Assembly: GCA_050174015.1 (NCBI GenBank)
Contig: JBFXKG010000003.1
Span: forward strand, 179,988-243,987
DNA: 64,000 nucleotides
Origin: Candidatus Krumholzibacteriia bacterium
GTDB lineage: Bacteria; Krumholzibacteriota; Krumholzibacteriia; LZORAL124-64-63
Direction: 5' to 3'
Part shown: piece after piece, positions 46,260 to 55,814 of the stretch
How positions within the stretch are numbered: position 1 is the first letter of the stretch
Layout of the letters: every line of letters starts with the position of its first letter
Program-made: the position numbers and the translations under genes
Notes under the pieces: generated by a model
Told to the model about the DNA's origin: nothing
Database searches by the model: none
What the model saw: only the letters and a program-made list of their open reading frames with translations

Positions 46260-47489
46260 ATGCTCAGGAGGATCACGATCCTGGCAGCCTTGGTCCTGGC
46301 AGCGGGTTGCCCGGCCAGGGCGGAGGTGGCCCGTTCCGCGAATCCGCACCTGGCGGCCGCCCGCCAGGCTTGGCGGCAGGCGGACCTGGATGCGGCGACA
46401 GCCGAGCTGCAGAAGGCCCTGACCGCCGACCCCCGGGATGCCGACGCCCACGCCTGGATGGCCGAGGCTCTCAGGAGGCAGGGGGAATACGGGGATGCCC
46501 TGGCCGAGGCGCAGCTGGCCCTGGCCGCGGAACCGGGGCACGCCATGGCCCTGGCGGTCATGGGCGATCTTGCGAATCCCCAGTTCGCGGGGGATGCGGA
46601 GATCCAGGACCGTGACGAGTGCATCCGGCTGTACCGGGCGGCACTTGCCTCCGATCCGTACGATCCCCAGGGACTCATGGGCCTGTGCGTCTGGGCGGTC
46701 CGCATGGGGGACACGGCCACCGGAACAGCCTGCCTGACCGCCATGGCCGAGGGGGGCATCTGGACCGAACCCCTCATGGCCCTGGCCCGCTGGATGCTGG
46801 AAAGCGCGCCGCCGGACGCCATCCTCCTGCTCAACGGCGATGCGGATTCCTTTCCCATCTGGATCCTCCAGGCCCAGGGGGTGCGGCCGGACGTGCTGCC
46901 TTGCAACCTCGGCATGCTGAACCTGGACGACTACCGCGGCCGCCTGGCCCTGGCGGGCCTGCCGGTGCCGCCGGATCATCTCGAGCACAATCGGAACGCC
47001 GACGGCGGCGTTCACACCATCGCGATGCAGGTCCTGGAATACCTGGAACAGCGTGTCCAGGACGGCGTCCTCGACCGGCCCCTGGCTTACGCGACCACGG
47101 TCCAAACCTCCAACCTGCCGGAAAACCTGGCTCGCCACAGCCACCTGCGCGGCGGCGTCTTCGTCCACGATCCGGAAGACAGCATCATGCTCATCGATCT
47201 GCAGGAAACGCGGCGGACCATGGCCATGGTTCCCCCTGACCTGATGGCGGGGGCCTGGGTGTCCGAACGGGAGAGGAGCCCCGCGAGGCTGAAGGGCAAT
47301 CCTTACTTCAGGTTCAACCCCATGGTGGTGGCCGACCGGGGGTTCTGGAAGGCGACCATCATGCGGGACCGGGACGCCGCCGACTGGTACCGGGATCTCT
47401 ATCTCGACTACCGGAAGGAACTCGGCCCCCTCAACGGGGACGCCCATTTCAACGAGACCGATGCGGAGTACCAGGACTGGATCCGGTAG
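46260..47489 (+). CDS. Secreted TPR protein with DUF2723-like periplasmic segment
   Basis: SD gaggag; signal peptide; TPR repeats; AILLLNGDADSFPIWILQ..GVRPDV...N..MLN motif. Confidence 0.72.
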   Translation: MLRRITILAALVLAAGCPARAEVARSANPHLAAARQAWRQADLDAATAELQKALTADPRDADAHAWMAEALRRQGEYGDALAEAQLALAAEPGHAMALAVMGDLANPQFAGDAEIQDRDECIRLYRAALASDPYDPQGLMGLCVWAVRMGDTATGTACLTAMAEGGIWTEPLMALARWMLESAPPDAILLLNGDADSFPIWILQAQGVRPDVLPCNLGMLNLDDYRGRLALAGLPVPPDHLEHNRNADGGVHTIAMQVLEYLEQRVQDGVLDRPLAYATTVQTSNLPENLARHSHLRGGVFVHDPEDSIMLIDLQETRRTMAMVPPDLMAGAWVSERERSPARLKGNPYFRFNPMVVADRGFWKATIMRDRDAADWYRDLYLDYRKELGPLNGDAHFNETDAEYQDWIR

Positions 47490-47663
47490 GCTCGGGAAGG
47501 ACCTGCGGGGCCGATGTTGCCCCCGGAGGGCTCCGAGGGCCTGAAATCCGGAATTCGGCCGCCAAGGGCCTGATCGAGGGGTTGTCCACCCATTCCCGGG
47601 CGATTATGAGATAAATATATCCCGAAAATGTTATGAAAAAAAACAGCCTGATTTTATTATTAA

Positions 47664-47672
47664 TGGTATAAT
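47664..47672 (+). promoter_or_regulatory. Extended -10 promoter in an AT-rich island
   Basis: tggTATAAT within the very AT-rich stretch 47600-47700. Confidence 0.65.
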
Positions 47673-47728
47673 TTCTCAATCAACATTCGAATTTTTCTCA
47701 TTCAGCCTTGATCCCTGGAGGGAGAATC

Positions 47729-48487
47729 ATGCAACGCCTGCTCACGCTCATCCTCTGCCTCGGCATCCTCGCCCTGCCCGTCCTGGCCGGGGCGTTCGAG
47801 GTCACCTGGGGCAGTTCCTGGGACAACGTCCCCCTGCAGACCGTCCTGGACAACGAATACGGGCCGGGCGCCATCGACGCCGCCACCGATTACGAGGGCT
47901 ACCTCCCCGGCGACGCCGATCCCGCCTACTGGCTGGACGCCACCCTCGACGGCCTGATCATCCGCGAAATCGCCGGATTCAGCCCGCGCAATACCATGGG
48001 CTGGTATGCCGAGACCCTGAGCGGTCCTCCGGTCATCGACGGGATCGATGACGGCGTGGTGTTCGACGGCCCCATGGGTCAGGGCGGCACCGTGACCGTC
48101 AACTTCCCCGGCGGCCTGACCCGGTTCGGCTTCTACCTGAACCCCAACGGGACCCAGGACGGCGGCGCCAACGCCCCCGAGCCCGAACTGTTCTTCACCA
48201 ACCGCTTCTACAACGACCTGGGTGCGAGCGGCGCCGGTTCCCCCCACGCCCCCTTCGACGGCGATCCCCAGTGCCTGGTGTACAACATCACCGACCTGAA
48301 CGGCGGGATCCCGACCTTCGTGCTGGCCTGGGAAGACCTGGACTACGGCAGCCCCATCGCCCCGAGCTACGCCTGGGACAGGACCGACAACGATTTCCAG
48401 GACATCGTCGTGGAGATCCAGGCGCTGTCCCCGGTGCCGTCCGAGAGCGAAACCTGGGGTGGCGTGAAGGCCCTGTTCCGGGACTAG
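47729..48487 (+). CDS. Secreted protein with DUF4114-like C-terminal motif and ETWGGVKALFRD tail
   Basis: SD ggaggg; signal ending VLA; EIAGF...N.MGWY; FGFYL; LAWEDL...DNDFQDIVV. Confidence 0.78.
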   Translation: MQRLLTLILCLGILALPVLAGAFEVTWGSSWDNVPLQTVLDNEYGPGAIDAATDYEGYLPGDADPAYWLDATLDGLIIREIAGFSPRNTMGWYAETLSGPPVIDGIDDGVVFDGPMGQGGTVTVNFPGGLTRFGFYLNPNGTQDGGANAPEPELFFTNRFYNDLGASGAGSPHAPFDGDPQCLVYNITDLNGGIPTFVLAWEDLDYGSPIAPSYAWDRTDNDFQDIVVEIQALSPVPSESETWGGVKALFRD

Positions 48488-48580
48488 ACGGCGGCCCCCC
48501 GGGGGGCTCATCTCACAGGAAATGGCCTCCAATCACCCGATTGGAGTCCGTTTTCGTGTCCGGCGCCGAACCGCGCCCCG

Positions 48581-49051
48581 TCAGATCTCCCGGTCCAGGT
48601 ATCCCGAATAGTCCTTGATCTGGGGATCGTAGTCCTCGTCGATCAGCGGGCTGGAGATCAGGAAGTCGGCCGTGGAGCGGTTGCAGCCCACGGGGATGTT
48701 GTAGAGGACGGAGATGCGCAGCAGGGCCTTGACATCAACGTCGTGGGGCTGGGGTTCCATGGGATCCCAGAAGAAGATCAGGATGTCGATCCTGCCCTCG
48801 GCGATCATGGCGCCCAGCTGCTGGTCCCCGCCGAGCGGCCCCGAGCGCAGCTTGATGATGGTCTTGGGCTGGCGTGCGGAGGGCAGCCCGTTGCCGTCCT
48901 CGTCCAGAACCTGCTCGATCATGCGGCCGGTGGTGCCGGTGCAGACCAGGTCGTGTCCGTACAGCTTGCCGGCGTTGTACCGCACCCAGGAGGCCAGGTC
49001 CTGCTTGCGGTTGTCGTGGGCCACCAGGGCGATGGTCTTGGTCTTCTTCAT
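48581..49051 (-). CDS. mgsA: Methylglyoxal synthase
   Basis: IALVAHDNRK, TGTTG, SGPLGGDQQLG, FFWDP..PQPHDVDVKALLR, N.STADF. Confidence 0.95.
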   Translation of the reverse strand: MKKTKTIALVAHDNRKQDLASWVRYNAGKLYGHDLVCTGTTGRMIEQVLDEDGNGLPSARQPKTIIKLRSGPLGGDQQLGAMIAEGRIDILIFFWDPMEPQPHDVDVKALLRISVLYNIPVGCNRSTADFLISSPLIDEDYDPQIKDYSGYLDREI

Positions 49052-49241
49052 CGGTCGTCCACCTCGGACTGGGGCGGGGCGGGCCAAGGAAAGAGCCGCC
49101 CGCAGGTTCCTGCAGGCGGCATCCTAGCCTTTGACGGTGACCTCGTCCACTCCCGGATCCGGTCAAGCCCCCGACCTCGCTGCGGACTTCCCGCCGCCCG
49201 GACCATGCGTTAACATGGTCCTCCCGATCACCAGGAGCAGG

Positions 49242-50036
49242 ATGCCCATGGGCCTCTTCGACCGCTTCCGCCGCCAGTCCCGTCCCCCGCGCTGCCCGGT
49301 CACTCCGGACGACCGCCGGTGGATCGAGAATTCGTTCGCCTGGTTCGCCGAGGAGTTCGGGGACGAGGCCCTGCGCAACGGTCCGGTCATCCTGCCCACC
49401 GCCGAGTTCTTCCCCGAGGTCTACGAGCCCGGCCCCGAGGGGGTCGAGGACCTGATGCAGCGCATCTGCGGCTGGATGGACGTCGACCGATCCTCGGTCG
49501 TCCTGGACTTTTACGAGGGCCGGGAGCGCCCCGACTACGGCCTGGGAGTCTTCAGGACGTCGGGTCCGGCCGGGGTGATGGGGTGGGACGAATCCCTGCG
49601 GCGCTGGGTGGTGGCGGTCAGCGACCGCCTCCTGCCCGATCCCATGGCCGTGGTCGCCGTGCTGGCGCACGAGCTGGCCCACGTGCACCTGTTCGGGTTC
49701 GGACGGGTCGACCCCCAGGCCGAGGAGGACCACGAGCCGCTGACCGACCTGCTGTCCATCTACTTCGGGTTCGGCGTCTTCGTGGGGAACGTGGCCTTCC
49801 GCAGCCTCCAGGAGGATCGCGGAACGTCCGCCACCTGGAGCGCCCAGCGGCTGGGTTACCTGCCCGAACCGCTGATCGGTTACGCCCTGGCCCTGGTGGC
49901 CGTGGCCAAGGACCAGACCGAACCCGCCTGGGCCGGGTCCCTCGAGTACGGGGTCCGCAAGCCCTTCGAGGACAGCCTGGCCTTTCTGCAGCACGAACGG
50001 CAGAAGGACCTGGAGTCGCTGCTGGGCGACGGGTAG
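49242..50036 (+). CDS. Hypothetical protein with HExxH zinc-metalloprotease motif
   Basis: VAVLAHELAHVHL followed by E.LTD; G.GVF..N; LGYL. Confidence 0.72.
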   Translation: MPMGLFDRFRRQSRPPRCPVTPDDRRWIENSFAWFAEEFGDEALRNGPVILPTAEFFPEVYEPGPEGVEDLMQRICGWMDVDRSSVVLDFYEGRERPDYGLGVFRTSGPAGVMGWDESLRRWVVAVSDRLLPDPMAVVAVLAHELAHVHLFGFGRVDPQAEEDHEPLTDLLSIYFGFGVFVGNVAFRSLQEDRGTSATWSAQRLGYLPEPLIGYALALVAVAKDQTEPAWAGSLEYGVRKPFEDSLAFLQHERQKDLESLLGDG

Positions 50037-50058
50037 CCCGCCGCGGCCGGGTCGCCCG

Positions 50059-50511
50059 CTAACCCTCGTCCGGGATCTCCGGTTCGACCAGCCTGCCCAG
50101 CAGGGTCAGGGATTCCTGCCAGCCCAGGTAACAGGCCTCGACGGGGATCATCTCCGGAATGCCCTCCTGGACCACCTGCAGCTCGGTTCCGCAGGAAACC
50201 GGCGTCAGGGTGATCGTGGTCTTCATCTCGCCGGGCAGGCCGGGGTCGTCGAATTGGTCGGTGTAGGCCAGGCGCTTTCCCTCCTCCATCTCCACGAAGT
50301 TCCCTCCGAACACGTGCTCGCGCCCGCTGGAGAAGTTGGTGAAGGACATCCGGTAGGATCCCCCGACCCTGGGGTCCAGGTGGAGGATCCTGCCCGTGAA
50401 GCCGTCCGGTGGGAGCCACTTGACCATGGCCTCACCATCGATGAAGGCGCGATAGAGGCGCTCGGGAGGGGCCTTGAAGACCCGGTGAAGTCGAACCGTG
50501 CCGGTGGACAT
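50059..50511 (-). CDS. SRPBCC/AHSA1 family protein
   Basis: RVFKAPPERLYRAF...WLPP...D.RVGGSYRMSF; CYLGWQESL. Confidence 0.9.
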   Translation of the reverse strand: MSTGTVRLHRVFKAPPERLYRAFIDGEAMVKWLPPDGFTGRILHLDPRVGGSYRMSFTNFSSGREHVFGGNFVEMEEGKRLAYTDQFDDPGLPGEMKTTITLTPVSCGTELQVVQEGIPEMIPVEACYLGWQESLTLLGRLVEPEIPDEG

Positions 50512-50573
50512 GTCTTTCCTCTTTTCATTGCGGGACCGGGGGCCGGAAACGATTCCGACCCCCGGAACCCAGG

Positions 50574-52865
50574 TCAGGGGTGGGTCGAACCGAACCCACC
50601 CGCGCTTCCGCTCTGTCCGCCGGGCACGCCGCCGGACCCTCCGGTTCCGCCCGACCCGATGACGAAGGTCACCGAGCCGGCGATCGCGGAGCCGCCCTCG
50701 TTCCAGATCCCGAAGCTGGGACCGCCCGCACCGCCGGCGCCGCCGCCGCCGTTCCCCCCGTCCCCTCCGGCGCCGCCGTTGCCTCCCCGGCCGACGTCGG
50801 ACAGGCAGGTGATGCCGCCGGCGCCGCCCGGTCCGCCGGTCCCGCCGGCGCCTCCGGCCCCGCCGTTGCCGCCGCCGCCGCCCTGGCCGGTGGTGATGAC
50901 GCAGTCGGTGAACTGGGCGGACGAGGCGATGGACAGGACGCCGAAGGAGGCGCCGCCGGCCTGGCCGCCAGCTCCGCCGGTCCCCGGGCCCCCGGCCCCG
51001 CCGCCGCCGCCGCCGCCGTTGCCGGCTCCGTCGCTGCCGAGGACCGGATCGTATCCGCCGCCGCCCCCGCCGCCGCCGCCCCCCCCGCCGGGGGTGCCGT
51101 CTCCGCCGGCGCCGCCGAAGGAGGCGACCCAGGCGTCCCCGCTGACCGAACCGGAACCGGGGCTGGTTGCGCCTCCGGATCCCGCCGAGCCATCGGCGCC
51201 GGGGATGCCGCTCTGGCCGTCACCGCCGGCGCTGGAACTGGTCGTCCCGCCCGAGCCGCCCGGGCCGCCGCCGGGCCCTTGGCCGAATGAGCCGTTGCCG
51301 CCGTTCTGACCGTTCCCGTTGGAGTTGCCGCCGCTGCCTCCGGATCCGCCCGGATAGAAGCCGTTGCCGCCCGGACCGCCCGGCACGAAGGGCGTCGAAC
51401 TGCAGGCGCCCTGGCCGCCGTTGCCGCCCACGGATCCCGTGGCTCCGGGAGAACCCGAAGGTCCGGCCTGGCCCGGCGCCCCGTTCCCTGCGGTGATCAG
51501 GCAATCGGTGACGGTCAGCGCGTCCGTGCAGTTCCAGACCGTGACCGCGACCGAGGACTGGCCGGGCAACACGGCGCTCGCGGCCACGATCTCGAAGCCC
51601 TGGACGACCGTGGCGGTGGTGACGCCGACGGCGCGCAGGGGCCGGGTGCCGCCGGTCAGCAGGGAATACGTCCCCGGTTGGGGGGACCAGGTTCCCAGGG
51701 CCAGGCCCCCGGTCAGGGAGATCCCGTCCTGGAGGATGACGTCCTCGTTGTAGGTTCCCTCGGTCACCAGGACGAGGGACACCCCCAGCTGGACCGCCCG
51801 CGCAAGGCCCTGGCCGATGGTGGCCACCGGCGAGGTCTGGCTGCCGTCGTCGTTGTCGTTCCCGGTGGGAGTCACGTAGACCGCCGCGGGCAGGGGAGGA
51901 TCGACCGTCACCTGGATCACGGCCAGACCGATGGCCCCCTGGTCGTCGGTCACCCGCAGCTTGGCCAGGTAGGAGCCCTGGGTTGGATAGATGAAGCCCG
52001 TCGCGGCAGTGAGGCCGGACCAGTCGAACACGCCGTCGTTCTCGAAGTCCCACTCGTACAGGACGACCGTCCCGTCGGGGTCGGAGGCCGCACCCGAGAA
52101 GCCGGTGGCGAGGCCCTCGGTGACGGTGGTGGCCGTGATCGCATCGACCGTGGGGGGGATGTTCGATTCGCGGCGCAGGAACAGATCCGCCAGGGCGATG
52201 CTGTCGCCGGCCGCGGCGATCACCCCGCTCGTCGCATCGTCGAGATAGCCCGGGTGCATGGCCCGCACGGGCCAGTTGCCGTAAGGCACCCCGGTCAGGC
52301 TGTAGTCCCCGGCGGCATCGGTCACCGCCACGTAGGAGGTCCCCTCGACGAAGACGACCGATCCGGTGTGGTCGGCCGCGTTCTCCAGGGTCGCGTTGCC
52401 CAGGAAGGTGCCCGTCGGGGTGAGCTGGATGTCCACGAAAGTGGTCTCGGCGTTGGCGGCAGCGGGGGGCAGAATGTCGAGGGTGCGGCTGTCGCCGGCG
52501 TGATCGCGCAGGCTGGAGGTCAGCAGGTAGGTCCCCTGATCCAAGCCGCTGAAAACGAACCGGCCGCTGCCGTCGCTCACGGTCGAACGGACGCCTGCGG
52601 CCTTGGCGGCGGGTTCGAAGTCCCCGGCGAGGGCGCGCGTGACGGATCCGGCCAGGGTTCCGTCCATCCTTTCGAGCGCAAGCACCGCGTCGGGGGCCGG
52701 CCGGCCGTCGAGTCCGCGGACGGTCCCGCCGAGGACGGCGCCATCGCCGAGGGCGATGGTCCCGAGGGGTTCGGTCGGGGTTTCCTGGTCGGTGCATCCC
52801 CAGGCCAGCAGGAGCAGCAGGCCCGTCAGGGCCGCGAGGATGGTGGTCAACAGGGTGCGATTCAT
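50574..52865 (-). CDS. Surface lipoprotein: carboxypeptidase-regulatory-like Ig domains + PKD + DUF1565/beta-helix with Gly-rich (PE-PGRS-like) inserts
   Basis: Lipobox AWGC; SDGSGRF, TDAAGDY; PKD SDPDG...YEWDF.NDG..D...LRVTDDQG; VYV...GND.DDGS...PVATI; GxxG-rich C-terminal third. Confidence 0.8.
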   Translation of the reverse strand: MNRTLLTTILAALTGLLLLLAWGCTDQETPTEPLGTIALGDGAVLGGTVRGLDGRPAPDAVLALERMDGTLAGSVTRALAGDFEPAAKAAGVRSTVSDGSGRFVFSGLDQGTYLLTSSLRDHAGDSRTLDILPPAAANAETTFVDIQLTPTGTFLGNATLENAADHTGSVVFVEGTSYVAVTDAAGDYSLTGVPYGNWPVRAMHPGYLDDATSGVIAAAGDSIALADLFLRRESNIPPTVDAITATTVTEGLATGFSGAASDPDGTVVLYEWDFENDGVFDWSGLTAATGFIYPTQGSYLAKLRVTDDQGAIGLAVIQVTVDPPLPAAVYVTPTGNDNDDGSQTSPVATIGQGLARAVQLGVSLVLVTEGTYNEDVILQDGISLTGGLALGTWSPQPGTYSLLTGGTRPLRAVGVTTATVVQGFEIVAASAVLPGQSSVAVTVWNCTDALTVTDCLITAGNGAPGQAGPSGSPGATGSVGGNGGQGACSSTPFVPGGPGGNGFYPGGSGGSGGNSNGNGQNGGNGSFGQGPGGGPGGSGGTTSSSAGGDGQSGIPGADGSAGSGGATSPGSGSVSGDAWVASFGGAGGDGTPGGGGGGGGGGGGYDPVLGSDGAGNGGGGGGGAGGPGTGGAGGQAGGASFGVLSIASSAQFTDCVITTGQGGGGGNGGAGGAGGTGGPGGAGGITCLSDVGRGGNGGAGGDGGNGGGGAGGAGGPSFGIWNEGGSAIAGSVTFVIGSGGTGGSGGVPGGQSGSAGGFGSTHP

Positions 52866-52882
52866 TGGGGTTCCTTTCGCGG

Positions 52883-53506
52883 TCACCGGGCGAGCACCAG
52901 CGGCCGGGAGTGGGTGTCGGCGGGAGTGGTGATCCGGACCAGATAGAGCCCGGAGGGAGCGGGCCGGCCGTCGGGACCGAGACCGTCCCACAGGTAGTCG
53001 TGATCGCCCGGCGCGACGGCCGGATCGGTCCAGCTGCGCACGAGCCGGCCCCGCAGGTCGTAGACGCCCAGGGTCACCGGCGTGTCCCGGGTGACCGAGA
53101 TCCGCAGCTGGACGCCGCCGTTGCTGGGATTGGGCCAGGGCAGGGCCAGGCGGGCCGCAGGCAGGTCGACCGCCAGGGGGACGTCGGAGAGGTCGTCGGC
53201 GACCTCGACGCCGGTGCGGTAGGCGACCACGTAGTCGTCCACGCGCACCTCGAGGATGTAGATCCCCGCGGCCAGGCCGGACAGGCAGTAATGGCCCTGG
53301 GCGTCGGTGGCGGCGTGGTCGCCGGTGTAGGCTCCGGCCTGCGTGCGCAGGAACACGCCGGCCTGGGCGACGGGCTGGGCCGTCACCGCATCGGTCACGG
53401 TGCCGCAGATGGATGCGGCGAGCCCGGGCGCCGCGGCGAGGAGAACCAGGGCCGGCAGGACCAGGAGCGGGATCGCGATGGTCTGCGCGAGGCGGCGAGG
53501 CGTCAT
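52883..53506 (-). CDS. Secreted protein: carboxypeptidase-regulatory-like domain + FlgD-Ig/T9SS-like CTD
   Basis: Signal peptide; GTVTDA..TDAQGHY; PWPNP...VYDLRGRLVR...WDG..DGRPAPSGLYLVR. Confidence 0.8.
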   Translation of the reverse strand: MTPRRLAQTIAIPLLVLPALVLLAAAPGLAASICGTVTDAVTAQPVAQAGVFLRTQAGAYTGDHAATDAQGHYCLSGLAAGIYILEVRVDDYVVAYRTGVEVADDLSDVPLAVDLPAARLALPWPNPSNGGVQLRISVTRDTPVTLGVYDLRGRLVRSWTDPAVAPGDHDYLWDGLGPDGRPAPSGLYLVRITTPADTHSRPLVLAR

Positions 53507-53642
53507 GATGAATCCCCCCTTCGAGGAATAAGGATGATTTTGGTATTCTATATCATATTCGCGATGTGAAAGGGGAATATTTTCCTCGGCAGCGGTGATA
53601 TCGCTCCCGCAGGGAAGCGCCCGCTCCATCGACCAATCTGAC

Positions 53643-55814
53643 TCAATTGCCGGGGGAATCGACGCTTTCCATGATCCGCTCCAGCTCCTTCAAAAGGGTG
53701 CCGAGGGCGATGGGCTTGGCCAGGAAAGGCACGTCCGGATCGAGGGGGTGCCCGGCGGCGACGACATCGGCCAGGTACCCGCTCATGAGGATGAACCGGA
53801 CCTGCGAATCCCGGGAGCGGATCAGGTTCATGGCCTCCAGGCCGTTCATTCCGGGCATGACGATATCGAGCAGGACGACGTCGAACTCTCCGACGGCCTG
53901 GTCGAATCTGTGCAGCCCCTCCTCCCCGGTGGCTGCGGTGATCACCCGATACCCGGCCCCGGTCAACGCCCGCTCGAGGAAACCTCGGACGATGGCGTCA
54001 TCCTCCACCAGGAGGATCCTTCCGGTGCGGGGATGAGCGGTTGACGGGCGCCGGTTTTCCTCCGCGGAGGCGACCACGGTTTTTTCCGGCGACGAATCGG
54101 CCAGGGGCAGGTAGATCCGGAAGCCGGTTCCCCGCCCGACTTCACTGGATACGACGATGGCGCCGTTGTGCTGTTTGACCAGGCCGAACACCATGGACAG
54201 GCCGAGGCCCGTTCCCTTGCCCACATCCTTGGTGGTGAAGAAGGGTTCGAAGATGCGGCCCATGGTCCGGGAATCCATGCCTTGCCCGGTGTCCCGGATC
54301 TCGAGGACCCCATAGGACCCTGGCCCGGGGGGATCGCCGACCGCAGGTTGGACGGGTCGGGTCACCGATTCACGCCAGGTCCGGATGGTCAGATGGCCGC
54401 CGCGGGGCATGGCGTCCCGGGCGTTGGTGGCGAGGTTGAGGAGGATCTGGTCCAGGTGGGTGCGGTCCGCCAGGATCGTCAAGGCTTCATCCTTCCCGGT
54501 CTGGCAGTCCAGGACGATGTTCTCGCCGATGACCCGGACCAGAAGGGACTTCATCTCCTCGACGGCATGGTTCAGATCCAGGGCAACCGGCCGAATCACC
54601 TGCTTGCGGCTGAATGCCAGCAGCTGGCCCGTCAGGCCGGCCGCCCGGTTGGCCGCCGCGAGAAGGGATTCGAGATCCTCACGGAGATCTTCCCTGTCGC
54701 CGAGGTCCGAGCTCATCATCTCGGCATGTCCGATGATGGCGGTCAGCAGGTTGTTGAAGTCGTGAGCCACCCCGCCGGCCAGGTGCCCGATGGCCTCCAT
54801 CTTCTGGGACTGGACGAGCTGCGCCTCAAGCTGGCGGCGATCGGTGACATCCAGCATGAAGGTGCAGATCCCCGCCACGTCCGATCCCCGGTCGTAGGCG
54901 ACCGGGAACTTGGTGACCAGGTACTGGCGGAGTTTCCCCTCCCCGCCCAGTTCGATTTCCTTCCCCAGGGCCTTGGCCGAGGCGAACACCTCGGCATCCA
55001 TGTCCCGGATGGTGTCCCGGACCTCATGATCCCCGAACATGGCATCGACGGAGTCGGGGACATAACCGTCCTCGCCCCCGAATACCCCGGGGAAGTTGCT
55101 GCTCCGCTGGGTCAGGTGTCCGGACCGGTCCTGGAGGTAGATCACCTGGGGGGCATGGTCGAGGATACCCTCCAGGGTCAGGGCCATGTTCTGGACTGGT
55201 GCGGCGAACGAGGAGCTCAGGCGGTAGAGGACGAGCATGGCGGCCGCGGCCACCGAGAGGCTGGCCAGGATCAAGGTGATGAACTCGACCCTCCGTTGGT
55301 GGATGATGGAGGCCAACGAGATCCCCACCCGGACGACTCCCTGGATCCCCTCGGGATAGCCGCCCACCAGCGGAACATCCACCTCGAGGACCGGCACGCC
55401 GTCGATCTCGACGGTCTGGAATACGGTTCTGCCCTGGGCGAAGACGGTGCAGGCTCGGGCGGCCGCCTTGCTGGTGTCGATGGTGTCGTTCAGACCGGGA
55501 TCGCTGTGGGCGAACACGCGTCCGTCCGAGTCCAGGACGATGAGGTAGGCCAGGCCGGGGCTATCGGCGGCCAGTTCCTCCAGCAGAAGACGGGTGTGGT
55601 ATCGACCTGAGAAGCTGACCCTTTGCACCGACTTGGCAACGACGAGGCTGGTCGTGGAGGCCAGGCGGTCGATCTCCGCGTTGGATGTCTTCCGGAACTG
55701 CCAGGTGACGACCAGCACGACCCCCAGGATCAGGGCGAAAACCACGGCCCCGTAGGAGGACAGGAGCCTCATCGTCATGTTCGAGGTCCGTCTGATTCTG
55801 GACGGGGTGGTCAT
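53643..55814 (-). CDS. Membrane hybrid sensor histidine kinase (Cache-like + PAS + HisKA + HATPase + REC)
   Basis: Two TM segments; [61 protein letters not shown]...DIVMP...KP. Confidence 0.92.
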   Translation of the reverse strand: MTTPSRIRRTSNMTMRLLSSYGAVVFALILGVVLVVTWQFRKTSNAEIDRLASTTSLVVAKSVQRVSFSGRYHTRLLLEELAADSPGLAYLIVLDSDGRVFAHSDPGLNDTIDTSKAAARACTVFAQGRTVFQTVEIDGVPVLEVDVPLVGGYPEGIQGVVRVGISLASIIHQRRVEFITLILASLSVAAAAMLVLYRLSSSFAAPVQNMALTLEGILDHAPQVIYLQDRSGHLTQRSSNFPGVFGGEDGYVPDSVDAMFGDHEVRDTIRDMDAEVFASAKALGKEIELGGEGKLRQYLVTKFPVAYDRGSDVAGICTFMLDVTDRRQLEAQLVQSQKMEAIGHLAGGVAHDFNNLLTAIIGHAEMMSSDLGDREDLREDLESLLAAANRAAGLTGQLLAFSRKQVIRPVALDLNHAVEEMKSLLVRVIGENIVLDCQTGKDEALTILADRTHLDQILLNLATNARDAMPRGGHLTIRTWRESVTRPVQPAVGDPPGPGSYGVLEIRDTGQGMDSRTMGRIFEPFFTTKDVGKGTGLGLSMVFGLVKQHNGAIVVSSEVGRGTGFRIYLPLADSSPEKTVVASAEENRRPSTAHPRTGRILLVEDDAIVRGFLERALTGAGYRVITAATGEEGLHRFDQAVGEFDVVLLDIVMPGMNGLEAMNLIRSRDSQVRFILMSGYLADVVAAGHPLDPDVPFLAKPIALGTLLKELERIMESVDSPGN

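Noticed and set aside
50254..51309. Proline-rich 351-aa ORF on the + strand
   Set aside because: It is the antisense shadow of the Gly-rich lipoprotein (GGC codons read as CCG/GCC).
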